DNA of 64,000 nt from Phyllobates terribilis (taxonomy: Eukaryota), in assembly GCF_046119375.1 (NCBI RefSeq), contig NW_027362762.1, forward strand, positions 188,046,001 to 188,110,000. Direction: 5' to 3'. Position numbers and translations under genes: made by a program. Positions 1 through 19,394 of the stretch are shown one piece after another. Under the pieces are notes generated by a model. It did not search any database. It worked only from the letters and a program-made list of their open reading frames with translations, and was not told the DNA's origin. Position 1 is the stretch's first letter; each line of letters opens with the position of its first letter.

Positions 1-64
1 TCTGACGGGACAGTTCATGACACAGGTCCGAGAGTGAGGGAGCTTGGGTGCCACCGGGTTCCAT
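1..64 (-). CDS. Start of gag-like ORF of a Ty3/Gypsy LTR retrotransposon (runs off window edge)
   Basis: ATG at 64-62 lies 13 nt after the LTR end; open frame MEPGGTQAPSLSDLCHELSRQ to the window edge; position and style fit sushi-type gag starts. Confidence 0.55.
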   Translation of the reverse strand, partial: MEPGGTQAPSLSDLCHELSRQ

Positions 65-159
65 GGCCCGAGCAAACTGTAACGGGTCTGGGAGGCGGAA
101 CCTCTGAGCTACTATACAAGGGGGCGGTCCTTGTAAGGGAGCGGGTGGCGACCAGGGAA

Positions 160-340
160 GACGGGCAGGCAGTCACAGCAGGTGACTGGGACAGTCTCTG
201 GGTGAACGGGCTGGAGGTCACGGCAAGTGACCGGGGTAGTCTCTGGATGAACGGGCAGGAGGTCACGGCAAGTGACCGGGGCAGTCTCTGGATGAACGGG
301 CAGGAGGTCACGGCAAGTGACCGGGGCAGTCTCTGGGTAA
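160..340. repeat. 45-bp tandem repeat (about 4 copies) inside the LTR
   Basis: GGCAAGTGACCGGGG-type anchor recurs at 177, 222, 267, 312. Confidence 0.9.
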
Positions 341-364
341 AGGGTAGGTACGACCTGTGATGGC

Positions 365-690
365 TGAGCCTCCAGGTAGGCTAGCAGGCAGATGGTAGAT
401 GTGTGCTCCCAGGTGAGCAAGTGAGAGTCTCTGGATAAACGGGTGGTCACAGCATGTGACGGCGGAGCCTCCAGGTAGGCCAACAGACAGGCAGCAGATG
501 AGCGCTCCCAGGTGAGCGGGCAGGAGTCTCTGGAATGGCAGGTGGTCACAGCACGTGACGGCGGAGCCTCCAGGCAGGCCAACAGACAGGCAGCAGATGA
601 GAGCCCCCAGGCGAGCGGGCAGGAGTCTCTGGAATGGCAGGTGGTCACAGCACGTGACGGCGGAGCCTCCAGGCAGGCTAGCAGGCAGGT
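365..690. repeat. 99-bp tandem repeat (about 3.3 copies) inside the LTR
   Basis: GAGCCTCCAGG anchor recurs at 365, 464, 563, 662. Confidence 0.9.
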
Positions 691-1169
691 AGGAGGAATG
701 TCAGGCAGGAAACAGACAGCAAACTGGCAGGTTTCTGGCAAGTAACTGGCAGGTAACTGGCAACGGGACCTGAGGGCTGAAGCAGAGTAGTGAACAGTGC
801 AACAACATTGCTCGGGCACCTCCATTTTGGAGGAGGTGCCTTATATATGGTGAAGTCCTCCGGCCATTGGCCGGGGACTCCTTAGGACGGCGCGCACGGC
901 CCCTTTAAGAGGGAGGGAGCGCGCGCGCGCGCCCTAAGCACAGTGGCCGGGAAGGAGCGCGCGCTGCCAGCAGAGCGGGAGGAGGACGCCGGGCTCGGAG
1001 CAGAGGGGTGAGGGGAACAGCGTCCCTGCCTAGCAGAGGGCAGGGACGCCGGCGCTACAAAGGGGTCTTGCTACTGTACACTATGCCACCCCACACCATA
1101 ATCTTAGGAATAGGACTGGTGTAGCATTCCCTTGTGAAAGCCTCTTCTTGGTTTTGCCCAAATGGTCTT

Positions 1170-1610
1170 GTCAGATTCTAAGAGTGTTGTTCCGTGATCC
1201 ATTCAATACTGCAAGTGAAATTAGACATCACATAACAAGCCCAAGGCATCAAAAAGTTTGAACACAAACCATCAGGTGGCATTTGCATGAAATTAGTCTA
1301 CAAACTAGACGTTCAGTTGCAAGTATTCCATTAACCTCATGCAATCGCTCTCAGAGGCTATCATGTTGTAGAGGAAGATGCCAATGGAGGCTGGAATAGA
1401 GGTCTATCATCTCCAACAATGAGTTTTGGATGCTAAGGTAGCTGGAGTTTGGCTTTGAGACCATGTTCCATAACGAGGCCTTCACAAGGGAACATTAAAG
1501 TGTCCATGGAGCTGTTTTTCAACATGGCAACACCAAGCCACATGCGGCTCGTGCTACTTTGAGCAGCCTGCAGGGCCTAAATGTGCTACCATGGCTTGCA
1601 GTATCATTGC
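1170..1610 (+). pseudogene. Degenerate Tc1/mariner transposase fragments
   Basis: Broken frames give QTIRWHLHEISLQTRRSVASIPLT and PHAARATLSSLQGLNVLPW, matching the Tc1 HTH linker and DDE region. Confidence 0.65.
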
Positions 1611-3461
1611 TCAGCAACTGCAATGGGAGCTGCCAGCAACGGATCTTCTTCAGCTGAATCAAACATCAAGAGGAAGTGAGCGGCCAGCCGCAGCTCTGAC
1701 TTCCTCTTGATGTCGGATTCGTTTGAAGGTAGAGAGGGTGAAGCGCTGATTGGCTGCAGGGCTCACATGACATAACAATGTTACGAGAGCCCGGAGCTGG
1801 AATGGCGCTAGCACCAGAGGTGATTATAAGTGTTGTTATTTTAATAGGGGCAAACATGCTGATTGAGACGGTGTTGTCATAAAAGTGGACAACCCCTTTA
1901 ATTTTTAAAATGGTAAAAAGTGAGCGATTCAACTTTAATATTTTGTTTCTATATTTTTTAAAAAATAATTTTTACTTTATTTTTTAATGGCTATGGGGGA
2001 TTTGAACCTGCAATCGTCCAATCGCTTGTGCTGTATATTGCAATACCAGAGTGTTGCAAAAAATAGTAAAAATCAGGGTCTCCTATAAACACCAGCCACA
2101 GGCTGGTCTTCACAGAAGTGCTGTAATGGCAAGCACGGTTGTCTTCGGCAGACCATAACCCATCAGCTCCCCATGATGGGTGATGGGGCACGATGGGTGC
2201 ATGGAATGGTGTACTTCCCAGTTTCATGCTAATTAAATCCAGCTGTCAGAGATTGACAGTGGCATTTAAGAGGCTAACATCTCGGATCCACCCGATGCCG
2301 TTAGGCCTCATGATTTTTCTTGTATGTAAAAACACAAACCATTATTCATCAGTGTTTTGGATCCGAGTTTCATCAGTGTTTGGTCAATGTGTCAGTTTTT
2401 ACAATCAGTGTTTCATCCATGATTTTCACATATGGAAACTCTAGTTGGACACACAGGTCCCCTGCAGCTTTTCTCTGCCCGGTGCCCTGGAGTGACGGGA
2501 CTTTCCCAATACACGCTCGCATTGAAAGACCAGTCACTCAAAGGAGCGAGTAGGGAGAATCTGCTGGGGACCTGCCTGTCCAACTTGCTTCCCGTGCGGT
2601 TCAGTCCCTGGCGGCTATTAAACCATGTTTTTCCCTAAAACACTGCCGCGTTTCAGAGTTAAACATGTGGCTGAAATCATGCAGCCAGTGCCTGATACAT
2701 GCTGAACTTGGATCGGGCAGCATGTGTCAGCTGTCAGGTTTTCTTTAAACTGCTTTGATTGAAAGTAGCTCTAATTGAAGTATTTAGGCCGAATTCAGAA
2801 GTTCCCGTATATAGCCCATCTACAGACCATGATGCACAGACTGGCTGCAGGACTTCTGATCTAAACTTGACAGCCGCAGATATGTCTATGTCATATTCAC
2901 CTCAGGATACTCACAGCTGATCTGTGCATTGCAGTCCATACTTGGAACAGTCTAAGCAGTCTGGACGGTGAAATCAGGTAATCAGTCTGCTTTAAATACC
3001 ACTGTAGATACAAGCTGCATTTAACCCAGTATAACTCTTGAATGTTTCTACATTTTAGGCTGTGGGTAAAATTACAATGTGTGGGAAAAAGATTAGAAAG
3101 ACCTTGGCAAATATTTTTCAAGCATAACAAAAAGAATAAGAACAAGAAATTAAAAGTTCAGAGTAAGCAATCAGTGAACTTTTTACAGGAAACCTTGATA
3201 GCTGTTCTCAAAGTTGTGATACCGTAACTAGACTATATAACGCAGAATTCATTTTCCTGAAGATATGTCATATCTCAAATAATAAAACATATAGTTATGT
3301 AAATGATCCAATTCAGACGTAAGGGTGTGTCCACATAGAATGGAAAAATAAGGCACCAATCCGCTTTGGTATAATATGTTTTGCTCTTTTGTTTGTTTTT
3401 TAAATACAACTTGTACGAAAAAGACTGACATCTGAATGAGGCCTTACGGAGAAAAACATTA

Positions 3462-4027
3462 AATTACATTCCCACGATGAGCCTTTGGTGAGTTTTTGGT
3501 GTTGCAGAATTTCTGCACCTATTATTTAATTTAGGTTACTTGCGTTTTTTCATTGCATTTTTTAATATGTATTTTTATCGCGTTTTTGACCCTGCGTTTC
3601 ATTTTTTGTCTCTGTTTAGTATGTCATGCTTTAAATAAAGCTGCTTTGTTTTTGATTCTTCCTGTTTTTGTGCTTTGACAAAACTTTATTGACATACTTA
3701 GGTGCTTATTACATGCGTTTTTGATGCGTTTCCACCCCGGAAATGCACTAAAAATGCATGTGCGTTTTTTATCTGTGGAATTTCCGCACCTAATACAAGT
3801 CTATGGGGTAATTCCGCACATAAACCTCAGCAAAAGAAATTGACATGTTGTGAATTTGAAATACGCATCACAGGTGAATTTACGTAGTGTTAAAAAGAAG
3901 CAATCCTGAGCATGAGATTCCTATAAATCCCATCCACTTTGCTACAACTGTAAAACACTGCGTTTTTGACACTACAAAAATATGCAACATCAAAAACGTA
4001 CCAAAAGCTCATCGTGGGAACGTAGCC
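3462..4027. mobile_element. PIF/Harbinger-like MITE
   Basis: Termini (A/G)xTACxTTCCCACGATGAG / CTCATCGTGGGAACGTAGCC with TTA flanks; same family inverted at 37055-37597. Confidence 0.7.
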
Positions 4028-4050
4028 TTAAATTCAAGTGAGCTTAAATA

Positions 4051-6213
4051 CACTGCTCAAAAAAATAAAGGGAACACTCAAATAACACATCCTAGATCTG
4101 AATGAATGAAATATTCTCATTGAATATTTTGTTCTGTACAAAATTGAATGTGCTGACAACAAAATCACACAAAAATCATCAATGGAAATCAAATTTATTA
4201 ACCAATGGAGGCCTGGATTTGGAGTCACCTCCAAAATCAAAATTAAAGTGGAAAAACACACTACAGGCTGATCCAACTTTGATGTAATGTCCTTAAAACA
4301 AGTCAAAATGAGGCTCAATATTGTGTGTGGCCTCCACGTGCCTGTATGACCTCCCTACAAGGCCTGGGCATGCTCCTGATGAGGTTGCGGATGGTCTACT
4401 GTGGGATCTCCTCCCAGACCCGGACTAAAGCATCCGCCAACTCCTGGACAGTCTGTGGTGCAACGAGACGTTGGTGGATGGAGCGAGACATGATGTCCCA
4501 GATGTGCTCAATCGGATTCAGGTCTGGGGAACGGGCGGGCCAGTCCATAGCTTCAATGCCTTCATCTTGCAGGAACTGCTGACACACTCCAGCCCCATGA
4601 AGTCTGCCATTGTCCTGCATTAGGAGGAACCCAGGGCCAACCGCACCAGCATATGGTCTCACAAGGGGTCTGAGGATCTCATCTCGGTACCTAATGGCAC
4701 TCAGGCTACCTCTGGCGAGCACATGGAGGGCTGTGCGGCCCTCCAAAGAAATGCCACCCCACACCATTACTGACCCACTGCCAAACCGGTCATGCTGAAG
4801 GATGTTGCAGGCAGCAGATCGCTCTCCACGGCGTCTCCAGACTCTGTCACATGTGCTCAGTGTGAACCAGCTTTCATCTGTGAACAGCACAGGGCGCCAG
4901 TGGCGACTTTGCTAATCCTGGTGTTCAGTGGCAAATGCCAAGCGTCCTGTACGGTTTTGGGCTGTGAGCACAACCCCCATCTGTGGACGTCGGGCCCTTA
5001 TACCACCCTCATGGAGTCGGTTTCTAACCGTTTGTGCAGACACATGCACATTTGTGACACCTATTAAGTTATCTCTTGACTAAAATATAGCATCCGAAAA
5101 AAGAAGGAAAAAAAATCTATATCCAAAATGTCAGCCATATCTAAATTGGCGCCAATTTTCCAAAGAAGAGAGCCAGAGAAAAAGCTCTAAGTGAAAATTT
5201 ATTTTAATATTTTATAAATAGACAACCATAAAAAAGTTTACATTATATTAGTGGTGACTGGTGAAAGAAGCAAAGCCAGATTAGGCAGATGAAAACAGCC
5301 AATAAAAGGAGACCATCCCCCCGTAGAAGAGCATCACAAAAGTCAGCAGATAGTTGTATAGCATTATCTATATATACCCGATGACAAATTGCCAACAGAA
5401 TAATAGTCTAGTAATAGGATATTGTCTAATACCGAGCCATTCAACCACAAAGTATAGTGTAGTCAAGCGCTAGTCACATTGATGCAGAGTATATCAATGA
5501 TTAAAATGCAATCTGCAAATAGGCAAGCAAATGTGCTAAATTCCTATATAGAGGGAGTGAACGAGCAATCAGGGAAAGACAGTCATGAAATAATCGTTGT
5601 GCAATACATGTGTAAATGCATGCACTAGACTCATATGACTCTAATGTTATACATGGATATAGTAATAATTTTAACCTTGTGACATGTTCTATTTGCTGTG
5701 CATGCTCTGCCAGGAGGGAGCTGATAGCGCGCACATTTGTGGCCTGCTGGAGGTCATTTTGCAGGGCTCTGGCAGTGCTCCTCCTGTTCCTCCTTGCACA
5801 AAGGCGGAGGTAGCGGTCCTGCTGCTGGGTTGTTGCCCTCCTACAGCCCCCTCCACGTCTCCTGGTGTACTGGCCTGTCTCCTGGTAGCGCCGCCAGCCT
5901 CTGGACACTATGCTGACAGACACAGCAAACCTTCTTGCCACAGCTCGCATTGATGTGCCATCCTGAATGAGCTACCACGAGTGTGAAAGCACAACCAACA
6001 TTCAAAACATCAGCCAGAAAGCATTGGTACTGAGATGTGGTCTGTGGTCCCCACCTGCAGAACCACTCCTTTATTGAGGGTGTCTTGATAATTGCATGTG
6101 AAATTGATTGGCAATCAGTGTTGCTTCCTAAGTGGACAGTTTGATTTCACAGAAGTTTGATTTACTTGGAGTTATATTCTGTTAAGTGTTCCCTTTATTT
6201 TTTTGGAGCAGTG
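4051..6213 (-). mobile_element. Tc1-like DD34E transposon, disrupted (copy A)
   Basis: TIR CACTGCTCAAAAAAATAAAGGGAACACT at both ends, TA on the left; minus-strand pieces [26 protein letters not shown]; carries a 674-bp insertion. Confidence 0.92.
5057..5730. mobile_element. Unassigned 674-bp AT-rich insertion within Tc1 copy A
   Basis: Flanked by 11-bp direct repeat GCACATTTGTG (5046-5056, 5731-5741); the site occurs once in the sister copy near 41419. Confidence 0.65.
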
Positions 6214-6584
6214 TTCTTATTGTCAGGGGTGAACACTGACTGCTTGGGGCCCCTGTGCAAGAAATGTGTCTGGGCCCCCCACCTTTTATGGCAACAAAGC
6301 TACAGATATATATATATAGCCACACACATATATACCTCTTACATAGTCTCCTTTATTATGTATATTGCCGCCCCTTATTACACAGTGCCCTCTCTTGTTT
6401 TGTACAGCACCATCCCTTACATATCGGATTATCTATAGCGCCCTGTTCTTTATTACATACCGTCCTCTCTTGTTAGATATATAATGCAATGACGGCTGAT
6501 GGAGCAAGGGAAAGCTTCTTTTCTAATGGAGGAGCTGATGGACTGGTCTTCTGGTCACAGGCTGCTCCATCAGCAGTCATTATA

Positions 6585-8211
<1,627 letters not shown>

Positions 8212-9159
8212 TATATCTAACAAGAGATGACTATGTAATAGAAGAGGGAGCTGTGACTGACAAAAAAAAACAAGAATACGCTATGTAAGGGACAGCACTG
8301 TACATAACAGCAGCGGAAGCTATATAATAAGAGACGGCATCATATATAACTAGAGAGGATGGTACATAATAAGGGAGGGTGTTATACATAATAAAAGAGG
8401 AAACTATGTAACTATATTCTAAGGGACTGTGCTATACATAATAAGGCTACATTCCTGTATTCGTGTGCAGTGCCAGTATGCTGCCCACTTTTACAGACGC
8501 ATTGAGCATGTCCTATTCTAATCCTCAAAATCGGATCAGAGCAGGATATTCTCTGACCCTCACAGATCTCATTCTCAGATCCGTGATTTTCATGGATGTG
8601 TGAATGGATCTATAAAACTCTACGAGTCCATGGACCATCCGGTAAAAAAATCTAGCAGCACACGGACATTTCACTCAAATGTGAGAATGCAGCCTAGGGG
8701 ATTTTACAGATAATATTATCACTCCAAGTCACACAATACACATACAGAATAATATTTACATCCAGGTACTTACCGCTGACGTCTCATCTCATAAGAGTCG
8801 GTTTCCGCTGCTTCTTCTCCATCTGGTCAGACCTATATGTCCACATCTCCCAGCCACGACTCGTGTTGTCACGATGATCTCCAGCCTAGAAAATAACAAG
8901 GTCACATATATTGTATACATACATGTGTCTCCCCCGCACTGCGTCCCTGAATACAGATATGTACCCCCCTCCCATTAATATACTATTAGAGACTTAGTAA
9001 TCAAAATATAAAGTAATAAGCAACACTGTGCCCCCAATTAACTATAATCTCCACCGGCCAATAATATAAATTATTCAGTCTCTGTGACTCTCCCCAATTA
9101 ACTGTAAGGCTATGTGCTCACTGAAAATATACAATGGTTTACAGTACAAGCAAAGTGAA

Positions 9160-9437
9160 ACCCCCATCATTGCTCTCTCCCAGCACCCCCATCATTGCTC
9201 TCTCCCAGCACCCCCATCATTGTTCTCCCACCACCCCCATCATTGCTCTCCCCACACCACCCCCATCATTGCTCTCTCCCAGCAACCCCCGTCAATGCTC
9301 TCCCCAGTCCCATCATTGCTCTCCCCATCCCCACCATCCTCATCATTGTGCTCCTCATCCCCATCATTGCTCTCCCCATCCCCACCATTGCTCTCCCCAT
9401 CCCCACCATTGCTCTCCCCATCCTCATCATTGCTCTC
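9160..9437. repeat. Minisatellite of CCCCATCATTGCTCTC-type 18-21 bp units
   Basis: More than 12 imperfect tandem units; source of the HCSPHP and IIALPIP pseudo-ORFs. Confidence 0.9.
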
Positions 9438-9949
9438 CGTGTCAGGGATATATTAATGTCAGGAAAATGTTCGTCCATATTTGCCTGACATAGATGTTCA
9501 CCCCTCTCCCTTATTCCCCTTCTGCTCTGCACAAAAGCCCAATTAACACAGTCATGAGGGAGGCCTTACACAAACAAATGCCAGCCAAGAACTGGTACAA
9601 GCTAACTAAAATGCAAATATATTTCCTCTTAACACAGACCTGAGATAGATTGACACCTTCTCCCAGGTCTCCCTTGTCACAAACAATTCCCGGCCACCAG
9701 CCATAGCCAGGTCGACTCCGATATGAAATATTGTAAGTTCCATGCGTCTGACAATAAGGGGACCCATATTTCTAGTGACAGAAACTGCCAAGGAATGCAT
9801 ACATAGTTTTTCATTGTTGCAAGCCAAATCAGAGAGCTGTAGCGCAAAAACCCCAGAATAGCAGACTGCAGTTATGCAATGTGTGGTCTCTCAATGAAGA
9901 TAAAATCATAAGAGAAAAAATGGCGTCGTTTGCACACTTCTGCGACCGT

Positions 9950-10861
9950 ATCATGCATGAAAATGATCTTGCTGCGGAATGCACGGTTCTTCTTCTTGAA
10001 CCACGGAAGGAAGTGCTGTTTGAGAAACTCAACATACATTATGGAGTTCATCTTTACCCCTTCAGGGATCCTAAAAGGGCCGACAATCTCTCTCCCCATG
10101 ATTCCAGCCCAAAACATTACTCCACCTCCTCCTTGTTAGCGCCGTAGCCGTGTTTACATGGGGTGTCCATCAACCAGCCATCCTCCACTCCATCTATCTG
10201 GACCATCGAGATCATTTCATGCATGATAATGCCCCGTCTCATGCTGCACATAACACATCTGCATCTCTGGCTGCTATGGGCATAAAAGGGGACAAACTTA
10301 TGGTGTGGCACCCATGCTCCCCTGACCTCAACCCCATTGAGAACCTCTGGAGCATCATCAAAAGGAGTGTCTATGATGGCGGGAGGCAGTTCACATCTAA
10401 GCAACAGCTCTGGGAGGGTATTCTGTCCTCATGCAAAACAATTGAAGCAGAAACCATCCAAAACCTGACAAATTCAATGGACGAGAGTTCAGAAGCTCCT
10501 TTCGAACAAGGGGTCCTATGTGCAAATGTTACATCACCTAGAATAAAGTTTTGAGTTGAAAACTGTTTGATTTCAGTTTGTAATAACCTGCTAATGCTTA
10601 TAATTTCAAAAATGACAATTTTTTTTGTTCTTTATTAAAATGAAAAGGTTGAAAACTCTGCTGTGCATAATAATTTGGAACATGCATTTTGAGTTTTTTA
10701 TTTTTTAAAAAATATACTGTCATCATAGGCAGTTTGTACAAAAACCTTTCAATTGTACTCTAATAGTTATTTGACTGGAAAATTACAATGACTGCAATTC
10801 ATATAGGTAATTTGGGAAAGTCTGAGAAAATATTATTTGCATAATAATTGGGAACACAGTG
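9950..10861 (+). mobile_element. Partial DD37E (TRT-like) Tc1/mariner element with internally inverted segment
   Basis: D at 10225 and E at 10339 are 37 residues apart; right TIR ..GCATAATAATTGGGAACACAGTG + TA; segment 9950-10208 codes the preceding transposase part on the minus strand. Confidence 0.85.
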
Positions 10862-10869
10862 TACATCCA

Positions 10870-11000
10870 CAGACAATAATATGGAGTTGGTCCCCTCTTG
10901 GCAGCTATGATAGCTTCCACTCTTTTGGGAAGGTTTTCTACAAGACTTTGGATTGTTGCCCATTCATCCAGAAGAACATTTGTGAGGTCAAACACTGATG
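10870..11000 (-). pseudogene. Tc1 transposase C-terminal fragment
   Basis: LTNVLLDEWATIQSLVENLPKRVEAIIAAKRGPTPY. Confidence 0.75.
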
Positions 11001-11979
11001 TTAGATGAGAAGGCATCTCTTCACATAGCCAGTCTGTTTCTAAGAAATCAGTGTTTGAATTGATATGAAAATGATCCTGAAGAACTAATTTTACATCTGA
11101 AGCCTGTCACTCCAGCTCTATTCCCCACCCAGCACCGCCTCCTCCTGATTAACAGCCCCTATGCTGTGTGACTTCAAGTAAAAGGGTCGTTAGTCATTGG
11201 ACAGAGAACAGAGCTAGAATGACAGGGGCTTCAGATATACAACTAGTTCTTCAGCCTTGGTATTGTGCTTGGTGATGTAAGGCTTGCTTGCCGCTGCTTG
11301 GCCATAACTCTGCCATGAAGCGTCCAGTGAAGTTTTTATGGGGATGCTAATGCCAGAGGGGGTTAGGACTCTGCAGTAATGGAGTCAGCAGAGTGTTGAT
11401 GACTTTTATGGACCCCGCTCTGTAACTGGACATGGACTCCACTTCGTTGCTGCGGTCTCTTCCACGTCTTAATAACCTTTACTCACCGGTGATGGTGAAA
11501 TATTTAGAAAGGAAGAACTGTCATGGCCGACTTGTTACAGCAGTGGATCCTATTACTGGTCCGCGCTGGTGTCAGTGAGCTCTGCACCCCGCCGCTGTCA
11601 CATAGTAGGGGACGGCACAGGGTGGATGTTATACACTTGTGATAATGGGGCTGACTGACTGCTTGCTACGTCCTTCACTCTGTCCTTGTGGCCTTTGTAC
11701 AGGACATTAGGGCCTCTACATGGCCTCCAGGCTGGTCCTTACCACTGCTCGTGTAAGGCCGGGAGCACGGGCCCCTCCGGCTCACCACAGGCCGGCAGTG
11801 CATACACGTCTGTGCACACCTGCACTATCACTGGCGGTCACGGACCCAAGCGCCGCTCTGCGCATAACCTCCTCACTACTTCCCATCTGTGAAAGACAGT
11901 GAAGGACATGACCGCACAGGTCACGCCGCACACAAACCCCGCCCCCTCCTGACTGACATTCCTCCAGCGCCACATACCG

Positions 11980-12179
11980 CCTTATTGCCATTTTGACGTT
12001 CGGACGCTCCTCGAATAACCAATGGAATTACAGGGGCTCGAAGAGTGACATTGGTATAGTCCAATAAGGCTCCGAGCCCCTCCCCGTGACGTTGACACGT
12101 TCCTCTTTTGTACCCGCCCCCAGAGATAGAGCTGCTGAGTGCTCCTTCTGCTCTGCTGCTCTCTCCTTCAGCCGCCGCC
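11980..12179 (+). promoter_or_regulatory. CpG-rich, TATA-less promoter / 5' UTR of ATP5F1B
   Basis: YY1-like GCCATTTTG 11987-11995; CCAAT/ATTGG at 12019, 12050, 12061; CRE half-site 12086; GC box 12113-12120; Kozak GCCGCCGCCATG. TSS not determinable. Confidence 0.7.
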
Positions 12180-18338
<6,159 letters not shown>

Positions 18339-18450
18339 AGACTTGATAAAATGTTTCCTGGAAAGCACTCATCCACAACACCTTCATCCTCAGTAATGCT
18401 TTTTGCCTGTCTGTAATGGATCGTGTCGGCAAAGCGTATTTAAAATTTAC

Positions 18451-18456
18451 AATAAA
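18451..18456 (+). terminator. Polyadenylation signal of ATP5F1B
   Basis: First AATAAA 113 nt after the stop, with GT-rich sequence downstream. Confidence 0.75.
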
Positions 18457-19394
18457 ACATCTGTGTAAAGACCATGTGTGAGATATTGGCTTCATAGTGA
18501 GCATGCAGTCATTGGTAGCTGTATGAATTTTCACTAAAATAGTTGTATCCCATGTTCAAAGTCTCTTGTGAGTCTATATAGTTAATACACCCCATAGAGT
18601 TTATTACCTTTTTAACGGAAGTCCGGCACCCTCCAAAATGCAAATGAAACAAATCTAGGGAACTTGCCTAATAATAATACCTGCAGTAGATGGATGGATA
18701 TACAGTTAAACGTGTTTTAAATGAGGGTGGCGACTCCTTTCCTGGGGCTCAATGCACCATCTCTCTCTCCCCCCCCCCCCCCCCCCCCCCTTTTTTTTTT
18801 TTCAATCCCTCAATTTGTATTATGAGCAGTTCCTGCCCAAAGTAGGTGCTGCCTGCACATACATACAGACTGACATCTGACCGTGTACCGAGAGGGAGGG
18901 GAGGATCAGTTGTTTCGTCTGTCCTCAGTGTATCACAGAATAGGTCAATATCGCCACTGCCATACAATGAAGACCACAGTCAGTGGGCCCGTGCAGTGCT
19001 GCTGCTTGAGTTCAGGCAGCGCTCGCTCTAGTTATTGCTCGCTCTACTGTGAAGTAATTACAATAAAATAAAAATTGAACCTGTTAAGTACTATATAACT
19101 TTTGCATTCATTTTGGGGGTGATAACTTCCTTTTTAAAAGATTTTTCAGATGTACAGTTGATGCACACTAGGGTGTCTGTTCTGAGTACTAATGTTGGCA
19201 AATGCAGTGGTCTAACTTGCAAAAGTAGTCCATGCATGGACCCCCCCCCCCCTTTTTTTTTTTTTGGGGGGCCCAGGATTTAAAAATTTCACAACTACAA
19301 TACTTAATCAAAAAGATTAATATTGAGATCATATTGCCTTTGCCACTCTGGAACGGAGTTCTCAACTTAGACGTGTTCAATAAATTTGACTATT

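Larger units (their letters stand above)
78..1059 (-). mobile_element. 5' LTR (982 bp) of a Ty3/Gypsy retrotransposon
   Basis: Minus strand begins TGTAGC (1059) and ends GTTACA (78), i.e. TG..CA termini; TATATAA at 847-841; followed directly by PBS-like segment and gag ATG. Confidence 0.8.

Noticed and set aside
112-825. 237-aa and overlapping ORFs in the LTR as real genes
   Set aside because: Explained by 45- and 99-bp repeats keeping frames open on both strands; no domain recognised
9112-9532. His/Cys/Pro-rich ORFs (HHCSPHP repeats) as a metal-binding or keratin-associated protein
   Set aside because: All frames derive from one minisatellite; no splice or promoter context
9590-9949. Minus-strand frames resembling env or L1 peptides
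   Set aside because: Short, stop-bounded and without diagnostic motifs; left unassigned
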